Assembly (NCBI GenBank): GCA_030141605.1
Contig: JAQGDQ010001246.1
Coordinates: forward strand, 1-44,803
DNA from: Tubiluchus corallicola
Taxonomy: Eukaryota; Animalia; Priapulida
Length of the DNA: 44,803 bases
Direction: 5' to 3'
Shown: in pieces, positions 24,715 to 38,062 of the stretch
Position numbering within the stretch: position 1 is the stretch's first letter
Layout of the letters: each line of letters begins with the position of its first letter
Program-made: the position numbers and the translations under genes
Notes under the pieces: generated by a model
The model's database searches: none
What the model was told of the DNA's origin: nothing
The model's input: the letters and a program-made list of their open reading frames with translations, nothing else

Positions 24715-25128
24715 CCCTTTCAGTCCCAAATTATTTTTTTTAATAAGAAAAAAAATTTGGCTTGGTACTTTTGTTCCCAATGTATCCTGTGGGATACACA
24801 ACATTATTTGTCATATGCAAAAAAACAAAGTCCGACTTTTTTAAAAACACAACAAAAGCAAAAAATGTGCTTCATTTTGCAACTGCTGATAATTTTTTAA
24901 AGTATTTAGTATGCATGCTATGCTGATCTGTACAATGTCGTCTCCAAAGTACTGTACCTTGCGCAGTTTTTTATGCTATGTAGATTTTCTAGTTTGCCAT
25001 TTTATCACCATTTTTAGTCTATTGTTATTGGCCTAAATCAAAATAACTATTAACAGATCAAATAACTGTTAGTTTTAAAATTTTATAAATATTCTCGTAT
25101 CCCACCGGATACAACGGGTATGAAAGGG
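24715..25128. mobile_element. piggyBac-like MITE
   Basis: TTAA|CCCTTTCAGTCCC ... GGGTATGAAAGGG|TTAA; internal subterminal inverted repeats (TGTATCCTGTGGGATAC / GTATCCCACCGGATACA). Confidence 0.88.
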
Positions 25129-26423
25129 TTAATTAATCGAATGAATTATAATTAAAACATTATTGTCATTCACTGCGAGTATGAAAAAAGAATACAGTCT
25201 TTGATATTTTTTTCACTTTTTAGCAATTTTATAAACGTCCTCAAATCAAGCAGTATGCGTTTCAACATAGAAGTGCAGGCAATGATACAGTTATTGTGAT
25301 TTTTAAATAGTAATCAAAATTTCTATCAGTATCCATCCTCACAGTAGTTACAAAACAGTGGTGTTATCTTAACCAAGTTATTTTAATTTTACATACTATT
25401 AACAAATAATAGTCTTTCTATCTTTTACATCATCTCATATATGAACTTCATTCATTACATCATTCCATTTTAAGCACTAATGTTTTTTTATCACGATTCA
25501 CTTTAAATTTTCAGATTATCTCCATTACTTTTTTTTCTATCACTGTGTGGGACAATCTAACACCCTGTGGCCCTGCTTTTTGATTGCCCGCAACACATTC
25601 AGCTTCGTGTATAAGTGAACAGTGTTTGAGGCTTTTCCTGTGCAGTATTTCTTATTTGTATCATGTTCATTGTAGGCCCTTTCACTAGATATTGTACATG
25701 TAACCATTGTAAATGTGTAAGGTGAAATAAATGACTTATGACTTCTGACTATGAGTAAATCTAACCGGCTACTTCTAGCAAGGCAATCTTAAATCCTGCA
25801 GACGTAGGAAAAATAGATCATAGCAGATGCCTTTTATTGTGAAACGTAACAATAGGAATACAGTTAACCGTAATAAAACACCATCGTCATCTCTTTGTTC
25901 ACCCCGTCTGCATTGTCCCACATGCACTATATGCAGAGGTCAGAATAGATTTCATTCAGGTTACCTCCCAGACACAATACTCTGCTCTCTCTGTCTCAGA
26001 CAGGCCTTATTGCATGGAAGGGAATGAATGGGGCTCGTGTGAGAGGGATAATACAAGCAGGTGGGGGTTAACAGCTGTTCAGTGAGGTGGCGCTAGGGTC
26101 GCTAGCTCCTATAACCTGCTGTTACATTCAAGCACTAATCAGTTTAATTATTGCTTTAAATTTGTGCTATTTTTTCCAGCCCCATTTTGAGAATTTTGTG
26201 CATGAGTACTTTTGAAAAATTTGTTCCTGTTTGCGTGTCTAACTTCTTGTCATCTTAGATGCGCCTTCCTTTGAGGTTTTGAATATTTTTTCTATATATA
26301 ATGTTGGCTCTAAAATCGCAGTATTTGGAGGTGGAGAATAGGTTAGCTTTGTGATTTTGATATTGTACGTAAATTATAAATTATTTAAACTTATATGAAT
26401 TATAGTCTATACTGTACTCCATG

Positions 26424-26898
<475 letters not shown>

Positions 26899-27269
26899 CT
26901 CCATGTGCCATTGAGTTGATAATAAGTGCCATTTTCTGCTGGTTATATCATCCCCACGATACAAGCCGGTTGTAGATGGTTATGGCGGGACAGGGATGTA
27001 GCTCGTTAGCAATTGTGATCCTCGAACCTGGGACACTGAACGGCAGAAATATCTTAGCTACGTTCAAATTCGTGTACATCAACGAGCAGACATACGAAAC
27101 TGCCAGGATGCAGTCTTGCTTGTGGTCAACTGTCAGTTATTGACCGGGTCTCGTGTGGCTTAACTGCTTGGCTATAGATCGATATAATTGAACTTGATAA
27201 AAATAATGTTACTTTGTATAAAATGATTGTAGAATTGCTCTACAGATTATGTTCTTAATTTTTCGCTAG

Positions 27270-27377
27270 GACACGCAAGCAAAAATTATTTTTGAGAAAC
27301 GCTGTAAGAGGGAACACAGAGCAGAAGGAAAAAGAGAAGGAGTTCACAGTCCTGTTACTCTTAACGTAACTCAACAG
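27270..27377 (+). CDS. Hey-like gene, predicted exon 3 (degenerate basic region/helix 1)
   Basis: 108 bp, AG/GT, phase 0-0; DTQAKIIFEKRCKREHRAEGKREGVHSPVTLNVTQQ; IIFEKRCKR resembles Hey IIEKRRRDR. Confidence 0.7.
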
Positions 27378-28155
27378 GTATATAACTCATTACCTTTCTA
27401 TAATCTATACATTCATTACGACCATTTCACATATTTTTACCATTTATCATATGAACTAACTTGTGGGTCACTTTCAGTGTATAATTAGGCCCTAAACTGT
27501 GCACCCAGCTACTCCAGTTGTAACTTATTGTCGTCAGAGTACAATGTCTCTGTAACTATTTCACAATAATGACTACTTCATTGACAAAATAAGCGCTTAC
27601 GTAAATATGAAATAAAACTATTTTTATTTAACGTGAAATTCACGTTAAATACTGCATGTGCAAATACGAATAGTGGGCGGAGCCTAATAATGTTTTCTGG
27701 ACATAGCAGCTGGTCACCTAACGGACTCTGAGTGTCCAAACAATGTGCACAATGAGAAGTCACGTCTGGAATTTAACAGAGCAGCTGCCTGATTTTACTT
27801 GACACACCGTAGACACACCTGCTTACAAGTGCTGTAGAAACTATAATTTTCTACATTACATGCAAAATGTACGACATACATAAACTTACAGCTCAACTTA
27901 AATAAAGACTAAGTTTTTTATTATATTAATATTAGGTCCTCATAACATTAATTTTAAATACGTAATGGTTAAATTATTATTTAAAGATAGTCACGTGTGT
28001 CTCTCCTTTCCCATTATTGAACATTATTTTATTATAAACTAACACATTGGTATAACGTCAATTTTCATTCGTCTTAAATGCAAAATCTGATAATTTTTAA
28101 TTACCTGATACATGCGCATTAATTAATTAGTTATATTAGTAACAATTCTGAGAGA

Positions 28156-28308
28156 TTGGCTGACATCGATAACTTATAGTTCTTTCGCCACCCTTTCACC
28201 ACTAATCAATAATTAATTTGTACTTTGTAATATTATTGTATGTTGTATAGATTTATAAATCTGTTAGTTATGTATTTTGCTATTTTAAAAATGGTGATAA
28301 ACTAATAA

Positions 28309-28405
<97 letters not shown>

Positions 28406-28429
28406 ATTACTTACTTACTTACTTACTTA
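28156..28429 (+). mobile_element. LINE/SINE 3'-end fragment with long (CTTA)n tail
   Basis: Same family as 12886-13071; AATAAA followed by about 30 ACTT units. Confidence 0.65.
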
Positions 28430-28911
28430 AAACAGAAATTAACATAATAGAGAATGTAGCATGTATCGAATACTTTTTAAGTTTAAGAATAGAGGTTGTA
28501 AAGAATAGAGAAACAAGTTAAAAAGATTTTATTTTCACTTTCACTTCTCAAAAGCACAGCCTGTCCTTTTCTGAAGAGAAGCAAAGAAAAAACTCGGAGT
28601 GAAAGAATGATTAAGCAACGAATGAAAGAAAAATGTGCAAAATAATGAATGAATAAGAGTGTGAATAAGTAAAACTAATAAAAGAGCAGACAACGTTATG
28701 TGGGCAAATAGTAACAAATTAATGAGCTAATTAAAAAGGGAAGAAATTTAAAATAACTTTTTTATTTCGTAATCAACGAACGGACGGAAGGACAACTGAA
28801 GGAATGAATGAACGTATAGACAATCAATGTGCGAACAGAGGAGGAAATAAGTAAACAACTAAATAAATAAATAATTAAATTAAAAAATAATTTTCATTTG
28901 ATTTATTTTAG

Positions 28912-28999
28912 GACACTAAAAATCTAAGCAGTGACGTCATTTCAACAATGACAGACAGTGGTGATGATCGCAGCAGTCTTAGTGATTCTTCGTCCAGTG
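28912..28999 (+). CDS. Hey-like gene, predicted exon 4 (degenerate helix 2)
   Basis: 88 bp, TTTTAG acceptor, G|GTCAGT donor, phase 0-1; DTKNLSSDVISTMTDSGDDRSSLSDSSSS(G). Confidence 0.7.
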
Positions 29000-29058
29000 G
29001 TCAGTTTTTTCACTTTTTTCTTTTAACTTTTGTTTTAAAATTACTTATTAAACTCACT

Positions 29059-31566
29059 TATTGTCTAGAGAACTAATGCAGTAATAGTCTACGAATTATA
29101 GTGTAGAAATACGAGTACAAGTGTGTAATGGTGCAAGTATTGTCTAGAGAACTACTGCAGTAATAGTCTACGAATTATAGCGCAGAAATACGAGTACAAG
29201 TGTGTAATGGTGCAAGTATTGTCTAGAGAACTACTGCAGTAATAGTCTACGAATTATAGTGCAGAAATACGAGTACAAGTGTGTAATGGTGCAAGTATTG
29301 TCTAGAGAACTACTGCAGTAATAGTCTACGAATTATAGTGTAGAAATACGAGTACAAGTGTGTAATGGTGCAAGTATTGTCTAGAGAACTACTGCAGTAA
29401 TAGTCTACGAATTATAGTGTAGAAATACGAGTACAAGTGTGTAATGGTGCAAGTATTGTCTAGAGAACTAATGCAGTAATAGTCTAAGAATTATAGTGTA
29501 GAAATACGCGTACAAGTGTGTAATGGTGCAAGTATTGTCTAGAGAACTACTGCAGTAATAGTCTACGAATTATAGTGTAGAAATACGAGTACAAGTGTGT
29601 AATGGTGCAAGTATTGTCTAGAGAACTAATGCAGTAATAGTCTACCAATTATAGTGTAGAAATACGAGTACAAGTGTGTAATGGTGCAAGTATTGTCTAG
29701 AGAACTAATGCAGTAATAGTCTACGAATTATAGTGTAGAAATACGAGTACAAGTGTGTAATGGTGCAAGTATTGTCTAGAGAACTACTGCAGTAATAGTC
29801 TACGAATTATAGTGTAGAAATACGAGTACAAGTGTGTAATGGTGCAAGTATTGTCTAGAGAACTAATGCAGTAATAGTCTACGAATTATAGTGTAGAAAT
29901 ACGAGTACAAGTGTGTAATGGTGCAAGTATTGTCTAGAGAACTAATGCAGTAATAGTCTACGAATTATAGTGTAGAAATACGAGTACAAGTGTGTAATGG
30001 TGCAAGTATTGTCTAGAGAACTAATGCAGTAATAGTCTACGAATTATAGTGTAGAAATACGAGTACAAGTGTGTAATGGTGCAAGTATTGTCTAGAGAAC
30101 TAATGCAGTAATAGTCTACGAATTATAGTGTAGAAATACGAGTACAAGTGTGTAATGGTGCAAGTATTGTCTAGAGAACTAATGCAGTAATAGTCTACGA
30201 ATTATAGTGTAGAAATACGAGTACAAGTGTGTAATGGTGCAAGTATTGTCTAGAGAACTAATGCAGTAATAGTCTACGAATTATAGTGTAGAAATACGAG
30301 TACAAGTGTGTAATGGTGCAAGTATTGTCTAGAGAACTAATGCAGTAATAGTCTACGAATTATAGTGTAGAAATACGAGTACAAGTGTGTAATGGTGCAA
30401 GTATTGTCTAGAGAACTACTGCAGTAATAGTCTACGAATTATAGTGTAGAAATACGAGTACAAGTGTGTAATGGTGCAAGTATTGTCTAGAGAACTACTG
30501 CAGTAATAGTCTACGAATTATAGTGTAGAAATACGAGTACAAGTGTGTAATGGTGCAAGTATTGTCTAGAGAACTACTGCAGTAATAGTCTACGAATTAT
30601 AGTGTAGAAATACGAGTACAAGTGTGTAATGGTGCAAGTATTGTCTAGAGAACTACTGCAGTAATAGTCTACGAATTATAGTGTAGAAATACGAGTACAA
30701 GTGTGTAATGGTGCAAGTATTGTCTAGAGAACTACTGCAGTAATAGTCTACGAATTATAGTGTAGAAATACGAGTACAAGTGTGTAATGGTGAAAGTATT
30801 GTCTAGAGAACTAATGCAGTAATAGTCTACGAATTATAGTGTAGAAATACGAGTACAAGTGTGTAATGGTGAAAGTATTGTCTAGAGAACTAATGCAGTA
30901 ATAGTCTACGAATTATAGTGTAGAAATACGAGTACAAGTGTGTAATGGTGAAAGTATTGTCTAGAGAACTACTGCAGTAATAGTCTACGAATTATAGTGT
31001 AGAAATACGAGTACAAGTGTGTAATGGTGCAAGTATTGTCTAGAGAACTACTGCAGTAATAGTCTACGAATTATAGTGTAGAAATACGAGTACAAGTGTG
31101 TAATGGTGAAAGTATTGTCTAGAGAACTAATGCAGTAATAGTCTACGAATTATAGTGTAGAAATACGAGTACAAGTGTGTAATGGTGAAAGTATTGTCTA
31201 GAGAACTACTGCAGTAATAGTCTACGAATTATAGTGTAGAAATACGAGTACAAGTGTGTAATGGTGAAAGTATTGTCTAGAGAACTACTGCAGTAATAGT
31301 CTACGAATTATAGTGTAGAAATACGAGTACAAGTGTGTAATGGTGCAAGTATTGTCTAGAGAACTACTGCAGTAATAGTCTACGAATTATAGTGCAGAAA
31401 TACGAGTACAAGTGTGTAATGGTGCAAGTATTGTCTAGAGAACTACTGCAGTAATAGTCTACGAATTATAGTGCAGAAATACGAGTACAAGTGTGTAATG
31501 GTGCAAGTATTGTCTAGAGAACTACTGCAGTAATAGTCTACGAATTATAGTGTAGAAATACGAGTA
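29059..31566. repeat. 79-bp satellite, left part (31 full units plus 59 bp)
   Basis: Unit TATTGTCTAGAGAACTA(A/C)TGCAGTAATAGTCTACGAATTATAGTGTAGAAATACGAGTACAAGTGTGTAATGGTG(C/A)AAG, in exact 79-bp register. Confidence 0.98.
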
Positions 31567-34292
31567 TTCGTACGGTCAGAAGCGCGGATCCTATCTTTGA
31601 TTCTATTCAGGTCATCATCGATAAAATCACCACGGTATCCAGTTATATTACGCAAATATCGAGCACATGGGGTGTTTGACTCGCGACACAAGTTGTAAAC
31701 AATCATAAACGGATCATCAGGAATATTCACTCTTGAGCGAACAATCTTATTGAAAAAGCGAGATTGGGTGTCCTTCACAAAACCATTCAGGGAGGGAAGG
31801 CCCAACTCTATGAGACACAAATCATTAGCAGTTGTACGTCGCACACCGAGTAGACATTTAATAACACTAATATACATCCCTTGAATAGGATTAAGGTCAT
31901 TGAATAGCCAAGACTCACATCCGTAAGTAATTGCAGCAAGTAGCGCGGCATTTAAAACTAACTTCTTAACTGCAAAAGGATAAGCTGAATTCTTAGAAAT
32001 AAATGACACGAACTTCAGTACGTGACAATATTTGTCTTCGCAGTGTTTTTCCAGAGCGGGTTTAAATTTTCCTGTTGAGCTAAAGACAGCACCGAGGTAA
32101 ACGTAATAGTCACAGTGATTAACAGTAAGGGGGTTCACTACGAGGTCCAGACGGTCAACAGCATCGCCATTAATAACCATAAATTTAGTCTTTTTTAAGT
32201 TCACCTTCATACCGGATTGATCACAGAACTCAATAAGGAAACTGAGTTTTTGAATAATACCTTCTCTAGATGTTGACAATAAGATTGTATCATCCATCAA
32301 CATCAAACAGTGTAAATTTCCTAGGAAACCATCGAGACCTCATCTAGACTTTAATTCACGAATAAGAGGGTTAATATACAGTGTGAAGAGGAAACAGGAT
32401 GACGGAGAACCCTGCTTCACACCTAATGTAACACCAATAACGGCAGCACCAAGGACCAGCTGCGTATTCACATACATGGCAGCAAGAGCAGAAAGCATCA
32501 CAAGACCACAGCCAAGAGCTCTCAAGGCCCTAATCAAACCAGAACGTGGAACTCTATCGTAAGCTTTCGAGAAGTCTACGAAAACGATATATAATTTCTT
32601 CTTTTTAAACAGTGCATAGTCCATTAATAGTCTTAGAGTCACAATCCACTCAATGCAGGATCTACCCTTTTGGGCGCCAGCCTGCTCCCTATCGGGTTTG
32701 AACCACATCTCTAAACGTTTGCACAAAATTCGATCGTATATTTTCGCAAGGGAATCCATGATTGACAAACCGCGGTAATTATCGCAGTCCTTACGAGATC
32801 CTCTCTTAAAAATAGTAACAAGGCGGCTAAAGCACCACGGAATCGGGAAAGATCGCGAAAAGAATATGAAATTCAGAACAAAACACAGGTAATTAATCCA
32901 AGTATCTGGGATAAAATTGAACACAGCACCAGGAATACCAGAGGGTCCACCACTACTACTTGATTTACATTCGGAAGCAGCAGAAACAAACTCATCGAAA
33001 GCGATCGGATCATCTGTGATAGGGATACTTGGACCATCGCACAGTGATAATAAGTCCTCTGGACCATCACGATCTGGGTTGAGAAGATCCTCGAAATGAC
33101 GTTTGAATTCTTCGCTAGTTGGAGATTCAAAGGATTCAGATTCAATCGTGTTTTCTTTCCAGTCTATGGCATTCCATATTTCCTTAGAATCATTGAGCTC
33201 GAGCATACGGCGCCAACGATCCGTCGGCTGATAACGATTGATGAGACGATTCGGAGCTTTACATCTAATCAGTTTATCACGGAAAACATTATTAATATCA
33301 GTAACACAACTATTTACATCATCCACATCATCAGGAGGTTCAACTGAAGACATCACTCTCTGAAATTCAACACAGTCTGTTTCAGCAAAACGGATCTGAC
33401 GGCTACAATGTTCGCGGTTTGGAGTTTTAACTTCAGCTGCATGAGCACCTAAGGCTTCGGATCTGATAAGAAGATTGTGAGGTAAGGCTCCACGAGATAA
33501 CATGTTGATATCAAAAATCACAGACAGAGGGGCATGATTCGAAGGTAATCGTAAGTCTTGATTGACAGTGAAATTGACAACACTATCGATTAGTGCAGGA
33601 GAAATAAGACAATAGTCTAATTCAGAAATCCAATTCTCACGTTTTCTATACGTCAGATTACTTTTAAATGTTCTGCCTTTATACTGAATGTTATTTACAA
33701 CGATCAAAGAGTTAAAAGAATTATAAACAACTTTGGCATTTTCATTCGGGGATCCAATCGAATCCTCGGAAGCAAGATATCGTGCACCACTGTCACTAAC
33801 ATTACGTAAAAATTTATTAATAGCAGGCCCGTAACGGGCATTCAAATCACCAAGTATCACAAATTGATCATGAGGGTTGGACATCATAACTTCGTTGATT
33901 TTTGCTAAGCATTCAAGTGAGTGGTAATGAGAGTCAGATGGCGTGAGATAAACACATACAAAAACAATACCAGGTATATTATTGAGGCGTAGCACAATAA
34001 CATCGGAACCAAATTCGACCGATTGAATCGAAGAGGCTAGCACATTTGAAATCAGTATAGCACAACCACCACGGTGACCAGCTGCTTGATTAGTTCGGAG
34101 AGTTTTATACCCAGGCATTGTGAACTTCAACGGAGTTTTGATTTCATTTAAGAATATCATATCAGATTTACATAAACTTTGGCGAACAAAGTCGATCTCC
34201 AGTTTATTTTTCACGGCATTAATGTTCCAATGTGTAATACGGAGTTCAGTGCAACTATCTCGATTGTTTACAAAAAAGACATTGGTTGCCAA
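31545..34292 (-). pseudogene. LINE ORF2 (APE endonuclease-reverse transcriptase) with one in-frame TGA at 32340-32342; C-terminus runs into the satellite
   Basis: EN motifs WNIN, LNEIK, GDLNA, LDYCL, SNH; RT motifs NYRGLS, QAGAQKGRS, FVDFSKAYDRV, GVKQGSPSS, LMDD, YLG. Track ORFs 32340-34292 and 31545-32306 are one frame across the stop. Confidence 0.93.
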
Positions 34293-35643
34293 CTATCAAT
34301 AACAACACCGTCCCGGGTGATCTCACGCTTTTTCTTGTCAAACTCAATATGGCATCCCCGTTTCAGGTTTGTCACGTTCGCACTTCTCAGCGTCAAATAG
34401 CCGCTTCCATTCGGCACGAACTGCAGGGTGGGTGTCTCGCTTCACTCTGACTTTTTTCACAGCAGCATTGGCAGACGATTGAAGCTTATTAGCATTCTTC
34501 ACGACATTGTCCCTTTGGTCATGATTTTCAACAATGACCAACACAGGACGATCACGGCCATTCGTAGCTGTACCGAGTCTCTTGTATGAGACGACAGCAG
34601 CTTCCACATCCACTACATCAAGAATTTTCCTTATCTTATCATCGTCGGAATTAGCACCATCGATATCCTCATTTTCACTTAAGCCCATCATAATTAAGTT
34701 CTGGTTTCGGAGATGACCGTCAACCTACTCCAAAAACCGTTGTTGATTTTTAACAACTTGACGCAAGACATTCACTTCAGTCTTTAATTCAGAATGTTTG
34801 TCTTCAATCTTTTGGGACAATTTTTCCTCCAGATTTTGAAATTTAGTGTTAATATTATTAGATAGTTCATCCAGGCGTTTCAACACAGCTGAATCGGCAC
34901 CACCAGAAGCGGCCGAAGGGGGGGGCAGCCAGTATGATTTCTATCATATCGTCCTTCGTAATGGCTTTCAGCTTCTTACGGTCACATGCACACAGCTCAT
35001 CGATACTCTTCGGTTTGTCAGACATATTCAACAAATAATGCAGGTATCAGAAATAGGGGAAGTGAAACAGTCTATTTCTATATTATTTCAGCGTGACCTT
35101 AGTATATGCAGGTATATGGGAAATACGTTGCAAATGGTAACCAGTCTATTATACGTTCAAAGTTTTCAAAAGCAAAAATTAGCAAAAGTACTTTGTAAAG
35201 GCAATAAAAGAAATGTTCTCACTCATCTGCAGCATGCAACGTATCCAAATATATGTATCCTCATATCTACATAGAGCGCAGCTTTTCCTTTCTCCCATTG
35301 TAGGACCAGTTTGCGTTGCTATCTACCTGAATGTTTTTGTTGACAGGTGAATAGACCAATTAAGGTCTAATCAATGACACAATAGCCTCAACTAGGTACG
35401 GTGACCATGAATTGTCGATTTGCAATAGAACTTGAAGAATTTCAACAATTTTTCACTTTTAATATCTAAATCCAACTGTATAAGTGCAAACGTTTATTAC
35501 CTTCTTCTTCTGTAGATATTTACACACAAAATGGTATCACTTTTATCATGTTAAACATAAAATTACTTTATAAAATTAGCAAAATCTGCAGAGCTTGTTA
35601 ACAACACAAGACACGGTCACGGATACATCTTCTGTCTTTTTAC
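31567..35643 (-). mobile_element. Non-LTR retrotransposon (APE endonuclease plus RT; RTEX/Proto2/CR1-like, clade not resolved), 3'-truncated and disabled
   Basis: About 620-bp 5'UTR, ORF1 and ORF2; bounded on both sides by the 79-bp satellite with AGTA duplicated. Confidence 0.93.
34268..35025 (-). pseudogene. LINE ORF1 (coiled coil plus L1/CR1-type RNA-binding region), disrupted
   Basis: MSDKPKSIDELCACDRKKLK... frameshift in a C8 run (34918-34925) ...VLKRLDELSNNINTKFQNLEEKL...QQRFLE*VDGHLRNQNLIMMGLSE (stop 34725-34727)...KRLG...RPVLV... second frameshift near 34358 ...REITRDGVVIDSWQPMSFL*. Confidence 0.8.
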
Positions 35644-35983
35644 AGTACAAGTGTGTAATGGTGAAAGTATTGTCTAGAGAACTAATGCAGTAATAGTCTA
35701 CGAATTATAGTGTAGAAATACGAGTACAAGTGTGTAATGGTGAAAGTATTGTCCAGAGAACTAATGCAGTAATAGTCTACGAATTATAGTGTAGAAATAC
35801 GAGTACAAGTGTGTAATGGTGCAAGTATTGTCTAGAGAACTAATGCAGTAATAGTCTACGAATTATAGTGTAGAAATACGAGTACAAGTGTGTAATGGTG
35901 CAAGTATTGTCTAGAGAACTACTGCAGCAATAGTCTACCAATTATAGTGTAGAAATACGAGTACAAGTGTGTAATGGTGCAAG
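35644..35983. repeat. 79-bp satellite, right part (24 bp plus 4 full units)
   Basis: Same unit, resuming in register after the LINE. Confidence 0.97.
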
Positions 35984-36674
35984 ATCTCCAGCTGAATTTT
36001 TATACTGAAGCATTTTTAACATTAATGATGTTTCTGAAATGGATTAGATTATTGAGCTGTATAATCAGAAACATCATAAAGTGACTTACTCTATGAACAT
36101 GAAGCAAAGGCTGTCATCAAGATCTCTTAGGATTAATTATCCATTCGCTATTCATGCATTTGTTCATCCGTTCATCCTCCATTCATTTATTCCTTCGTTT
36201 TCATCATCAATTCATTCATTCGTAATTTCACTCACTCATTCGTTCATTAATTTATTCACTCATCCCTTTTATCCATTCATCCTCTTACAGTCTTATATAT
36301 AGTTATTTGTTCGTTAATTTACTGACTCATTCGTTCATCCATTTACTCATGCCTTTTATTCATCCATTTACTTATTCCTTTTATCCATCCATCCATCTAT
36401 CCTCTCAGTTTTTCTTTCTTCTTAGCTATTTATTTATTTTTTCTGCGAGAACAAAACTATAGAACCAAAATTATCTAACATCTCGGATTATTTCCGAAGA
36501 AAAATACCATCATATGGTAAATTTGAAACAAGTAAGTATAGTAAGTTTGTGCCACTGAACCGACGAGGTCATTCCAACCTTGCAGCTGCCATGCAGTGCT
36601 GAATATGCAATGGCTTTGTAATTGATCGAATCATCACAGTATGGGGGGGGGAGAATAAATGGCATAAATGGCCT

Positions 36675-36906
36675 ACGTAACAATATAACGCATTTGATAT
36701 AACGTAACCCTATAACAACAGTACGCATTCCATATAACGTAACCCTATAACAACAGTACGCATTCCATATAACGTAACAATATAACAACAGTACGCATTC
36801 CATATAACGTAACCCTATAACAACAGTACGCATTCCATATAACGTAACCATATAACAACAGTACGCATTCCATATAACGTAACCATATAACGACAGTACG
36901 CATTCC
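36675..36906. repeat. 35-bp minisatellite, about 6.5 copies
   Basis: Unit CAGTACGCATTCCATATAACGTAACCCTATAACAA. Confidence 0.93.
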
Positions 36907-37240
36907 GGATGCTACATCAACGCACTTTACACTTTTGGGCAAATCGTTTTTCCACTTTACGTTTTTTGGATGTCCTGAAACAAGTCCTCGGGTAAGAAAT
37001 TGTAGAACAAACATGCGTTTTTGCTGCTTAACCTAAGAAAACACCATCGCATGGCTCACCTGCGTCTGTTATCGCAGTGTAACTATCACTGATTATGCGA
37101 TCTTACTAAAATATTTACACGTAGTTGGACCACCGTGGAACATAGAATATGGGTCTACTGTATTATCCTTATCTTTAGTGCTTGGTGTCTGTAGCTAATA
37201 CTGAGTTAGCAACACACGTTCGTACGACAGAACCGGAGAA

Positions 37241-37284
37241 TTCTCTCTCACTCCCCCCCTCTCTCTGTCTCTCTCTCTCTCCCT

Positions 37285-37324
<40 letters not shown>

Positions 37325-37391
37325 TTCTCTGTCTCTCTTTCTCCCTCCCCTCCCCTTCCCTCTCCCTGTCTCTCTGTCTCTCTCTCTCTCA
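37241..37391. repeat. (CT)n/(CCT)-rich microsatellite
   Basis: Polypyrimidine dinucleotide tract. Confidence 0.9.
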
Positions 37392-38062
37392 CGTACCTTA
37401 TAAACATTTAGTTGTGCTGGCCCCGTTTTGTACATGGATCAGTGACTTCGTAGCTTGGCAACAGTTTTCGAATCGACCCTTGTTTTTTCTTTCAATTGTT
37501 CATACTAAGTGCATGTCGTCTAGCAAACTTGGTATTACAGAATAATCTTAAGAACGCTGCTATTATCCACGAATTCGTCCATCGTCCAGCGAAAGCCGTC
37601 TTTGTTGAACCAACAACTTGCCGCATTTAAATTTGCATAATTTCATGCAAATTCCATCTCGTGCGTGTTGCTAATTACAAAGTAACTAATTAACAGTAAT
37701 TAGTGGGCAGGTGCTGATGTGCAGTTCCGTAGTGTGCACGAAAGTCAATAAACATGTATTCGTTTCCTCTATTAACTCTCTCTATTTTCCGTTCTGAAGA
37801 GGAGAAACACCAGCGGGGGGACTTCAAAATTCGCTTCCGGGTGGCACTTATTTCAATGAGAAATCATTCAGATTGTCCTGAAAAGCTTGTTTTTCATACA
37901 GAGATGTTTGTACTCGTGTAACATGAAAGGTAGTTTGATTTATTTGCCCACCATAACAAAACACGACTAGATTTTTCTCTAAAGTTTTTGTCGTCTTCTA
38001 CTTCGACCAGAACAACCTTCTTGGCGTTTTTATTTTCTTGAACTTTTTGTGTAACTACTATG

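Noticed and set aside
26920-27180. tRNA-like/SINE sequence on the minus strand (TAGCCAAGCAGTTAAG ... GGTTCGAGG)
   Set aside because: Both boxes are imperfect and over 100 bp apart; single copy in the window; not supportable.
29059-31566. CRISPR-like array next to a reverse transcriptase
   Set aside because: Units are contiguous, near-identical 79-mers with no unique spacers; the context is eukaryotic and the RT is a LINE.
32340-32342. In-frame TGA as selenocysteine or programmed readthrough
   Set aside because: The same element has another stop and two frameshifts in ORF1, so simple decay is more parsimonious; no SECIS was seen.
34846-35274. 142-aa plus-strand ORF
   Set aside because: Antisense to LINE ORF1 and its 5'UTR; no motifs.
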